The notes under the pieces are model-generated. The model searched no databases. It worked only from the letters and a program-made list of their open reading frames with translations, and was not told the DNA's origin. From positions 1 to 32,000 of the forward strand of contig NZ_CP094965.1 of NCBI RefSeq assembly GCF_022985615.1: a DNA stretch of 32,000 bases. Reading direction: 5' to 3'. Below, piece by piece: positions 18,372 to 26,354 of this stretch. How positions within the stretch are numbered: the first letter of the stretch is position 1; each line of letters begins with the position of its first letter. Both the position numbers and the translations under genes were made by a program. This DNA comes from Candidatus Karelsulcia muelleri (lineage in GTDB: Bacteria; Bacteroidota; Bacteroidia; Flavobacteriales; Blattabacteriaceae).

Positions 18372-19336
18372 ATGCTAAATTTTAAAATTTTCCTTAAAAA
18401 ACTTAAGGACAAAATTGATTTAAAAAAAAAAAAATATATATAGCAGTAAGTGGTGGAGTCGATAGTTTAGTTTTATTAGATCTTTTTTTTAGAATAAAAG
18501 ATCTTAGAATAAAAGATCTTAAAATAGAAGTACTACATTGTAATTTTAAACTTAGAGGAGCAGAGTCCGAAGAAGAAGAAAATTTAATAAAAAAAATTTG
18601 TAAAAAAAAAAAAATACTTTTACATACTAAAAGTTTTAATATAAGAAAAAAGTCATCTAAGCAAATTTTGGCTAGAAAATTAAGGTATTTATGGTTTAAA
18701 AGAATGTTAAAAACAAATTATTTTAATTATATTGCTTTAGGTCATCATCTTAATGATTCAATAGAGACAATATTTATTAATCTGATCAGAGGTACAGGGA
18801 TAAAAGGGATAAAAGGAATAGGTTTTAAGAAAAAATATTTAATAAGACCTTTATTAGATTTTACTAAAACAGAGATTTTATCTTATGCAAAAACCAAGAA
18901 AATAAGTTGGATAGAAGACAGTAGTAATATAAATGAAAAATTTCTAAGAAATAAAATAAGAAAAATACTTAATAAACTATTAAGTAATGAAGCTTATTTG
19001 GGAATAAAAAAATCTTTTCATATTTTAAAAGATGAATGTTTAATGATTAATAATCATCTAAATATTATTAAAAAATATATTTTTTTAAAAAAAAATATAA
19101 AAGAAAAAACTTTAAGCTTAAAAAACTTATTTAATCTTCATCCCATGAAAATTTATTTATATAAAATCTTAAAAGATTATTATTTTAATAATATTAGAAA
19201 TTTGATGAAAATAATAATTTCTAAATCTGGGAAGAAAATAAATTCAAAAAAATCCTATTTTTCTATAAAAAAAAAAAATAAACAATTAATTTTATATCGA
19301 AATAAAAAATATGAAAAGAAAAATATTTCTAGATAA
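18372..19336 (+). CDS. tilS: tRNA(Ile)-lysidine synthase TilS, interrupted by a frameshift in poly(A)13 (18422-18434)
   Basis: ATG at 18372 opens MLNFKIFLKKLKDKIDLKKKK and stops at TAG 18441. The adjacent frame is open from 18419 to 19336 and carries the PP-loop IYIAVSGGVDSLVLL and then LGHHLND. The ORF track shows only 18668-19336. Confidence 0.8.
18491..18520. repeat. In-frame 15-bp tandem duplicate in tilS (RIKDL x2)
   Basis: agaataaaagatctt occurs at 18491-18505 and 18506-18520. Confidence 0.9.
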
Positions 19337-20444
19337 TGCCTCAACGACTCCTTTGCGAAAGGAAGTTTATATTAGTCTTTTAAAGACTCTAAAAAGATTT
19401 GGTAATCCTTCTTCTAATCATAGTTTAGGTGTATATAATAAATATAATATTGAATATTCTAGAATTAAAATTGCAAAAATTTTAAAGATTTCAGCAGAAG
19501 AAATAATATTTACTTCTAGTGGGACTGAAGCTAATAACTTGATTTTAAGAAATTGTGTTAAAAACTTGAGAGTTCAATGTATAATAACTTCATTATTAGA
19601 ACATAAATCTGTCTTAGAAACAGTTTATGATTTATATTTACAATATGACATTATTGTTAAATTTGTAACTTTTAATAGTAAGGGAGAAATAGATCTTAAT
19701 CATTTAAGAAAATTACTAAAAGAAAATACTAAAATTACATTAGTCAGTTTAATGTATGTTAATAATGAAATAGGAAATATTTTAAATATTAAAAAAGTAA
19801 GTGAAATTTGTCGGGAGTTTAATACATATTTACATTCCGATACTATTCAAGCGATAGGTCATTTAAATTTAAATCTTAATAAATTAAATATACATTTTGC
19901 AAGTGCAAGTGCTCATAAATTTTATGGGCCTTACGGAATTGGTTTTGCTTATATAAAACAAAATATTTCTATTAAATCTTTTATTACTGGAGGACTTCAA
20001 GAAAAAAATAGAAGAGCTGGTACTGAAAACATATATGGAATAATTGGAATGACAGAAGCACTTAAATTAGCTTATAATAATTTAAATTATGAGAAAAATT
20101 ATATTAAAAATATAAAAAAATATTGCATAAAAAAATTACAGAATAATATTCCTAACTTAATTTTTAATGGTTTATCTAAAAATATAAACCAAAGTATCTA
20201 TACTATACTTAGTATAGCTTTTCCTAAAAAATATCTTATAAGTCTTAATTTAGATTTAAAAGGAGTTATAATATCTCAATCTAGTGCCTGTATTTCAAGT
20301 GAATATTCACATGTTTTTAAAGCTTTGTATAAAAAGACAAAGATATATATACAAGATCTTACATTTTTAAGAATTTCTTTTGGAATTTTTAATAAAAAAA
20401 AAGAAATTAAAAAATTTTTAAAACTCTTATTAAGTTTTTTTTAA
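19311..20444 (+). CDS. iscS: Cysteine desulfurase (class V aminotransferase, IscS/NifS type)
   Basis: 377-aa ORF with LDNASTTPL, a PLP-lysine context (SASAHKFYGPYGIGF), RAGTENI and an active-site Cys region (SQSSACIS). It overlaps the tilS end by 26 bp. The gene symbol is tentative. Confidence 0.85.
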   Translation: MKRKIFLDNASTTPLRKEVYISLLKTLKRFGNPSSNHSLGVYNKYNIEYSRIKIAKILKISAEEIIFTSSGTEANNLILRNCVKNLRVQCIITSLLEHKSVLETVYDLYLQYDIIVKFVTFNSKGEIDLNHLRKLLKENTKITLVSLMYVNNEIGNILNIKKVSEICREFNTYLHSDTIQAIGHLNLNLNKLNIHFASASAHKFYGPYGIGFAYIKQNISIKSFITGGLQEKNRRAGTENIYGIIGMTEALKLAYNNLNYEKNYIKNIKKYCIKKLQNNIPNLIFNGLSKNINQSIYTILSIAFPKKYLISLNLDLKGVIISQSSACISSEYSHVFKALYKKTKIYIQDLTFLRISFGIFNKKKEIKKFLKLLLSFF

Positions 20445-21898
20445 TAAGATTTAGCAAAAAATACTCTTTGTTTAGAAGAATTTTTACTATATATGCATCT
20501 TCCATTTTGTTTCTTCTTAATATAAGATTTACTTGGAATACATATTATAGAGGCTGACGTTTCTTTTTTTATTTTTTTTTCAATGGTGGTAGAACCATCC
20601 CAATGTGAATATACTATACCACCTTTAGTCTTAATTATTTGTTTAAAATCTTTATAATTATCAACCTTTATAATAAAATCTTTTTGTATTTTTACAGCTT
20701 TTTTTAAAAGGTTTTTTTGTATTTTTTTTAATAAAATAATTATTTTATTTTTGATATTTCTTATCTTATATTTTTTTCTTTTTCTAGTGTCTCTTCTGAA
20801 AACTTCAATATTGCCCTTTTCTATTTCTTTCTTTCCAATAGTTAACCTAATAGGGATTCCTTGAATATCGTATTCATTAAATTTCCATCCGGGTCTGTAA
20901 TTTTTGCGGTTATCATATTTAAATGGTATTTGTTTTTTTTTTAAGAAAATCATTAATTTAGAAACTATTATTTCTAAAATTTTAAAAGAATCAGTTTTTT
21001 GATAGATAGGTATAATAACTACTTGAATTGGAGCAATTTTAGGTGGAATAATCAATCCATATTTATCTGAATGAGTTAAAATGACAGCTCCAATTAATCT
21101 AGTAGAAATACCCCATGATGTCCCCCAAACATGTTTATATATTCCTTTTTTATTAATATATTTAACGTTAAAAGATCTTGAAAAATTTTTCCCTAAAAAA
21201 TGAGAAGTTGCGATTTGCAAGGCTTTACCATCAGGCATAATAGCTTCTAAACAGTATGTAGTTTTTGCTCCAGCAAATTTTTCAAGATTTGTTTTTCTAC
21301 CTTTTATTACTGGAATTGATAAAATATCTTCAATAAAATATTTATACAAATTCAAAATTTGTTTACAATGCCTTATAGCTTCTTTTTTAGTTGAATGAGC
21401 TGTATGTCCTTCTTGTAAAAAAAACTCTGAGTTTCTTAAAAAGAATCTAGGTCGTATTTCCCAACGAATTGTATTAGACCATTGGTTTAATAATATAGGT
21501 AAATCTCTATAAGATATTATCCATCTTTTAAAAGAATCCCAGATTATTGTCTCAGAAGTAGGTCTAATAATTAGTTCATTTTTTAGTTTTGATTCTTTTT
21601 CAAGAATCAATTGATTGTTTTTAAATTTTAAACGACTATGTGTTACAATTGCACATTCTTTTGCAAAACCTTTAATATGATTATATTCTTTTTTTATATC
21701 AGACTTCAAAATTAATAATGGAAAATAAAAATTATTATGTCCAGTTTTTTTTAAAATATAATCTAATTTTTTTTTAATGTTTTCCCATATCTCTAAACCA
21801 TAAGGTTTAAAGATAATACAGCCTCTTATACCTGAATCTTCTGCTATATTAGCTGTTAAAATTATATCTTTATACCAATTTTTAGACCTTAAGCCCAT
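20441..21898 (-). CDS. proS: Prolyl-tRNA synthetase (archaeal/eukaryote-like type)
   Basis: 485-aa ORF with RPTSETIIW..F..WI.SYRDLP, F.RN.EFF.QEGHTAH and a C-terminal ...AKSY ending in Tyr. Confidence 0.93.
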   Translation of the reverse strand: MGLRSKNWYKDIILTANIAEDSGIRGCIIFKPYGLEIWENIKKKLDYILKKTGHNNFYFPLLILKSDIKKEYNHIKGFAKECAIVTHSRLKFKNNQLILEKESKLKNELIIRPTSETIIWDSFKRWIISYRDLPILLNQWSNTIRWEIRPRFFLRNSEFFLQEGHTAHSTKKEAIRHCKQILNLYKYFIEDILSIPVIKGRKTNLEKFAGAKTTYCLEAIMPDGKALQIATSHFLGKNFSRSFNVKYINKKGIYKHVWGTSWGISTRLIGAVILTHSDKYGLIIPPKIAPIQVVIIPIYQKTDSFKILEIIVSKLMIFLKKKQIPFKYDNRKNYRPGWKFNEYDIQGIPIRLTIGKKEIEKGNIEVFRRDTRKRKKYKIRNIKNKIIILLKKIQKNLLKKAVKIQKDFIIKVDNYKDFKQIIKTKGGIVYSHWDGSTTIEKKIKKETSASIICIPSKSYIKKKQNGRCIYSKNSSKQRVFFAKSY

Positions 21899-21929
21899 TA
21901 TATAGATATATTAGATTTATATTTATATT

Positions 21930-22065
21930 TAGATCTAGATCTAGATATGATAGAGATCTAGAGAGAGATGATAGAGGAGATCTAGATATAGATAGATAGA
22001 TATCTTAGATCTGATAGCTTAGATCTGATATCTTAGATCTAGATATAGATAGATTAGATTAATTA
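21930..22065. repeat. AGATCT/GATAG-rich degenerate tandem repeats upstream of proS
   Basis: Direct reading: agatct recurs at least 7 times, interleaved with gatag(a) and atatcttagatctgata units. Confidence 0.8.
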
Positions 22066-22117
22066 ATTAACAAATGAGTTAGTTAACTAATTGAATTTAG
22101 TTAACTAAACTTAGTTA

Positions 22118-22264
22118 TTGAATTTAGTTACTCAACTCAAAGGAAACGAAACTAATTGAATTTAGTTACTCAACTCAAACGAAACTAATTGAATTTAGTT
22201 ACTCAACTCAAAGTAAACGAAACTAATTGAATTGAATTTAGTTAACCAACTCAAAGTAAACTAA
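22118..22264. repeat. 33-38-bp tandem repeat x4 (ttgaatttagttactcaactcaaa[g][gaaa/gtaaa]cgaaactaa)
   Basis: Copies lie at 22118-22155, 22156-22188, 22189-22226 and 22227-22264 (the last is degenerate). Confidence 0.9.
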
Positions 22265-22303
22265 TTAACTAATTGAGTTGAGTTAACAACTAAAACTAAC
22301 CAA

Positions 22304-22323
22304 CTAACTAACTAACTAACTAA
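22304..22323. repeat. (CTAA)5 microsatellite
   Basis: Direct count. Confidence 0.9.
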
Positions 22324-22372
22324 TTAAGAAGTAAAGTATATAATAAAGTATATAATAGGAATAGGAAGTAAG

Positions 22373-22457
22373 GGAGAGATGGCAGAGTGGCTTAATGCGG
22401 CGGTCTTGAAAATCGTTGAGTATTAATACTCCGAGGGTTCAAATCCCTCTCTCTCCG
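22373..22457 (+). tRNA. tRNA-Ser (TGA)
   Basis: 85-nt class II tRNA with a long variable arm (tgagtattaatactcc), anticodon loop cttgaaa and acceptor ggagaga/tctctcc. Confidence 0.9.
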
Positions 22458-22480
22458 TTTATTTGGGTATTTTAGTTTTT

Positions 22481-22564
22481 GTTTAATTATATAGATGTTT
22501 AATTATATAGATTAATTATATAGATTAATTATATAGATTAATTATATAGATTAATTATATAGAT
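22481..22564. repeat. 16-bp x2 then 13-bp x4 tandem repeat ((gtt)taattatatagat) upstream of htpG
   Basis: Direct reading: units at 22481-22496, 22497-22512, 22513-25, 22526-38, 22539-51 and 22552-64. Confidence 0.9.
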
Positions 22565-22600
22565 TGTATTATAAGCTTAATAGCATAACAAAAAAGAAAT

Positions 22601-24403
22601 ATGGAAAAAGGAAAAATAAAAGTTACAGCAGAAAATATATTCCCTATAATTAAAAAATTTTTATATTCATATAATGAAATCTTTTTAAGAGAACTAATAA
22701 GTAATGCAGTTGATGCATGTGTTAAAATAAAAACTTTAGCTAATTTAGGAAAATTAAAGATTCAAGTTAATAAACTAGAAATAGAAGTAAAAGTAGATAA
22801 AGATAATAAAATATTAAGAATAGAAGATAATGGGATAGGAATGACAAGAGAAGAAGTAAAGAAATATATTAACCAAATAGCTTTCTCAAGTGCCGAAGAA
22901 TTTCTTAAAAAATATAAGACTGAGGATGCAATTATAGGTAATTTTGGTTTAGGTTTTTATTCTTCTTTTCTTGTTTCAGATAAAGTAGAAATACTTACCA
23001 AATCATACCAAAAAGGAATTAACCCAGTCCATTGGCTTTGTGATGGAACACCTAATTTTATATTACGAGATGCAAAAAAAGAAAAAATAGGTACTGTAAT
23101 TTTATTACACCTAAATGAAAAATTCCAAGAATTTTTAGAAGATTATAAGATACTTGAATTGTTAAAAAAATATTGTAGGTTTATCCCAATTCCTATAAAA
23201 TTTAATAATAAAATAATAAATAATACACAACCTCTATGGAAAAAAAAATCTCTTGAAATTAAGGAGAAAGAATATAGATCTTTTTATAAAGAATTATTTC
23301 CAGAAATTTTAGAGGATCCATTATTGTGGATACATTTGAATATTGAACATCCTTTTAAGTTGACAGGCATTTTGTATTTTTCTCAACTAACTAATCCAAT
23401 GGATCTTAAAAAAGATAAGATTCATTTATATCAAAATCAAGTTTTTGTTACTGAACATTTGGAAGGTATAGTTCCAGATTTTTTAACTTTTTTAAAAGGT
23501 GTAATAGATTCTCCAGACATTCCACTTAATGTTTCAAGATCACATATAAAATCAAATATAACTTTAAAAAAAATTTCTAATTATATTACTCGGAAAATTG
23601 CAGACCGACTCACGAAAATGTTCTTAAAAGATAGAAAGTCTTTTGAAAAAAAATGGAAAAATATAAAACTAATTATAGAATATGGTATGATAAGTGAACC
23701 AATATTTTATGAAAAATCTAAAGCTTTTGCATTATATAGTGATATCAATGGAAAATATTTTTTATTTTCTGAATTCTTAGAAAAGATAAAGAAAAAGCAA
23801 AAATCAAAAGAAAATAAAATAATTTGCTTTTATGCTACTAATTTAGATGAGCAAAATATTTATATAGAAAATGTTTTACAAAAAGGTTATAAAGTATTAT
23901 TACTAGATAGTCAATTAACAGTTCATTTGATACAAAAACTAGAAACGGATATTAATAATCTTTCTTTTGTCCGAGTGGATTCACAAAATATAGATAATCT
24001 TTTTATGGAAAAAAAATGTACTAATCTTACTCAGCAAGAAAAAAATACCTTGAAAAAGGAAATAGGGAAAACCATCGACAAAAAAAAATTTAAAATTAAA
24101 TTCGAAAACCTAAATGAAAATTATCTACCTTTTATAATAAATATACCAGAATTTATACGCCGTATAAATGAAATGAATTTAATGAGAAAAGAAAAAAACT
24201 ATTCTAATTATAATTTAGTTGTAAATACCAATAATAAAATTATAAAAAGAATATTGATAGAAAAAAAAAAGGAAATTAAAAACAAAATAATAAGAGACTC
24301 ACTAGAATTTATATTACTTTGTCATAATCTTTTAAAAAGAAAGAACAAAAATCGTTTAATAAAGAAAATATTAGAAAATATATGTACTTGCTATAAGATT
24401 TGA
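22601..24403 (+). CDS. htpG: Molecular chaperone HtpG (Hsp90)
   Basis: 600-aa ORF with the GHKL ATPase N-terminus (FLRELISNAVDA, IEDNGIGMT, IGNFGLGFYS). It ends in TGA. Confidence 0.95.
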   Translation: MEKGKIKVTAENIFPIIKKFLYSYNEIFLRELISNAVDACVKIKTLANLGKLKIQVNKLEIEVKVDKDNKILRIEDNGIGMTREEVKKYINQIAFSSAEEFLKKYKTEDAIIGNFGLGFYSSFLVSDKVEILTKSYQKGINPVHWLCDGTPNFILRDAKKEKIGTVILLHLNEKFQEFLEDYKILELLKKYCRFIPIPIKFNNKIINNTQPLWKKKSLEIKEKEYRSFYKELFPEILEDPLLWIHLNIEHPFKLTGILYFSQLTNPMDLKKDKIHLYQNQVFVTEHLEGIVPDFLTFLKGVIDSPDIPLNVSRSHIKSNITLKKISNYITRKIADRLTKMFLKDRKSFEKKWKNIKLIIEYGMISEPIFYEKSKAFALYSDINGKYFLFSEFLEKIKKKQKSKENKIICFYATNLDEQNIYIENVLQKGYKVLLLDSQLTVHLIQKLETDINNLSFVRVDSQNIDNLFMEKKCTNLTQQEKNTLKKEIGKTIDKKKFKIKFENLNENYLPFIINIPEFIRRINEMNLMRKEKNYSNYNLVVNTNNKIIKRILIEKKKEIKNKIIRDSLEFILLCHNLLKRKNKNRLIKKILENICTCYKI

Positions 24404-25896
24404 CATTCCATATTATTATAATTATCGATTTTAATAAGTTTTACTTCTTTAAATTTATTGATAAGATTAGGTTTCCATTTAATTTTTGACCTAATGTAGG
24501 TATCTGTAAAACCAAAAATATACCCATTTTTATTTGTTTTTTCAAACAATACTCTATAATGATTAAAAAGATTTTTTAAACAATAATTTTTATTTTTTTG
24601 TTTCGAAAGTAATCTAATAATTTTACTGCGTTTGTAACGCAGAATTTTTGGGATAGTTTCTTTCATAAAATATGCGTCTGTATTTTCTCTTTCTGAATAT
24701 GGAAAAACTTGAATATAAGCTAATTCTAAACTTTTTAATAAATTATAAGTTTCTAAAAAGTTAGATTCTTTTTCGCCCGGAAAGCCTACGATTATATCAG
24801 TCCCTACACAAGCCTCAGGTATAATATTTAATATTTTGTTAACCTTTTTAATATATATTTTTACATTATACCTTCTTTTCATCTTATTTAAGATATAATT
24901 ACTACCTGATTGTAGTGGTAAATGAAAATGAGGAACAAAGATCTTACTTTTTGAAATGAAATTTATTATTCGATTATTTAATAAATTAGGTTCAATAGAA
25001 GAAATTCTTATACGAATTTTGTAATTTATTTTTTGTTCAATTTTATTTAACAAATAAAACAAATCGTATTTTTTTTTATTAAATCCAAAATTTACAAAAT
25101 TTCCAATATTTATACCAGTTAGAACAATTTCTTTAATATTTAGTAAAGCTAGTTTTTTTATAGTCTTTATAATATTATAAATATTTTCTGATCTAGATTT
25201 CCCTCGAAGATTTGGAATAGGACAATAACTACATTTATAATCACATCCATCTTGGATTTTTAGAAAAGATCTCGTACGTGTTTCATTCAATGAAACTGAA
25301 GAATTATAATAATAAGTAGAGTTATAATTATAATTATAATAAGTAGAGTTATAATTATAATTATAATAAGTAGAGTTATAATTATAATAAGTAGAGTTAG
25401 AGTTAGAATAAGAAGTAGAGTTATAATAAGTAGAGTTAGAGTTAGAATAAGAAGTAGAGTTAGTAGAGTTAGTCTTAGCCTTAGCATTAAGAGCAAGAGC
25501 AGTTTTATTTTTTAACTTTAAATAATAAGGTAAATAAAATTTATCTTTAGTTCCAAGTATCAAATTAACATTTTTTAAAATGTTTTCTGTATTTTCTGTA
25601 TTATTTTCTGTCTTATAAATATTTTCTGTCTCTGTCTTATATAATTTCTGCGGAAAACATCCCAATAGGATTATGTATGCATTTTTATTTGTTTTTTTAA
25701 TCTTTCTAATTAAAAGAAAGAAATCTTTTTCTGCATTTTCAGTAATAGTACACGTATTTATTATATAAATATTTGCAAACGTATCCCAAGATACGTATTG
25801 ATAGCCTAAATTTAATAAATTTCTCTTTATTGTAGAGTATTCAGAATAATTTAGTTTACATCCGTAAGTAATGAAAGAGAATCTTAATTTTTCCAT
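24391..25896 (-). CDS. mtaB: tRNA (N6-threonylcarbamoyladenosine37) methylthiotransferase MtaB (radical SAM MTTase) with a large S/T/N/Y insertion
   Basis: 501-aa ORF with TYGCKLNYSE, a radical-SAM block (FLKIQDGCDYKCSYCPIP..RG.SRS), IRISSIEP, HLPLQSGS and a C-terminal TRAM-like end. It overlaps the htpG end by 13 bp. Confidence 0.88.
   Translation of the reverse strand: MEKLRFSFITYGCKLNYSEYSTIKRNLLNLGYQYVSWDTFANIYIINTCTITENAEKDFFLLIRKIKKTNKNAYIILLGCFPQKLYKTETENIYKTENNTENTENILKNVNLILGTKDKFYLPYYLKLKNKTALALNAKAKTNSTNSTSYSNSNSTYYNSTSYSNSNSTYYNYNSTYYNYNYNSTYYNYNYNSTYYYNSSVSLNETRTRSFLKIQDGCDYKCSYCPIPNLRGKSRSENIYNIIKTIKKLALLNIKEIVLTGINIGNFVNFGFNKKKYDLFYLLNKIEQKINYKIRIRISSIEPNLLNNRIINFISKSKIFVPHFHLPLQSGSNYILNKMKRRYNVKIYIKKVNKILNIIPEACVGTDIIVGFPGEKESNFLETYNLLKSLELAYIQVFPYSERENTDAYFMKETIPKILRYKRSKIIRLLSKQKNKNYCLKNLFNHYRVLFEKTNKNGYIFGFTDTYIRSKIKWKPNLINKFKEVKLIKIDNYNNMECQIL
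25301..25500. repeat. About 200 bp of in-frame tandem repeats inside mtaB (periods 27, 27, 21, 24, 15, 24 bp)
   Basis: aagtagagtt recurs at 25314, 25341, 25368, 25389, 25413, 25428 and 25452. On the minus strand it encodes ...STYYNYNYNSTYY.... Confidence 0.9.
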
Positions 25897-25989
25897 TTCT
25901 AAGTAAGTAAGTGAAAAAAGGTAATCTTAATATATTAATATTAAGATTAATATTAATAGATTAAGAAGCAAATAAAAAATAAAAAAATA

Positions 25990-26343
25990 ATGAAAAATAT
26001 TAATATTAATATTAATATTAATAAATATTTATCAGTAAAATCAGGAAAATATAAAAAAAAATATGTCTTTAAAGCAGGAGATACAGTAAATGTAGATTAC
26101 GAAATTAAAGAAGGTGATAAAAATAGAATACAATCTTTTAAAGGTATAATAATTAAAAAGCAAGCAAATAGTACATTTACAATTAGAAAATTTAGTGGAA
26201 CAATTGGTGTAGAAAGAATATTTCCCATAAATTCACCTATTATTAAAAACATTAAAATTATTAGTTCTGGAAAAGTTAGAAGATCAAAAATTTATTATTT
26301 GAGAAACTTAAGAGGAAAACAAGCTAAAATAAAAAGCATATAA
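25990..26343 (+). CDS. rplS: 50S ribosomal protein L19
   Basis: 117-aa ORF with GDTVNV...EG.K.RIQ.F.G..I......FT.RK...G.GVER.FP..SP and GKVRR.K.YYLR. The N-terminus carries (AATATT)4 at 25996-26019, encoding NININININ. Confidence 0.93.
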   Translation: MKNININININKYLSVKSGKYKKKYVFKAGDTVNVDYEIKEGDKNRIQSFKGIIIKKQANSTFTIRKFSGTIGVERIFPINSPIIKNIKIISSGKVRRSKIYYLRNLRGKQAKIKSI

Positions 26344-26354
26344 AATAATAAAAT

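Noticed and set aside
18602-18614. The second poly(A)13 in tilS as a second frameshift site
   Set aside because: The reading frame carrying the PP-loop passes through it intact (CKKKKILLHT). Only the first tract, at 18422-18434, breaks the frame.
22118-22564. The 33-38-bp and 13-16-bp tandem repeats flanking tRNA-Ser considered as CRISPR arrays
   Set aside because: The copies are directly adjacent with no intervening spacers. The units are degenerate and AT-rich, and no cas genes are present in the window.
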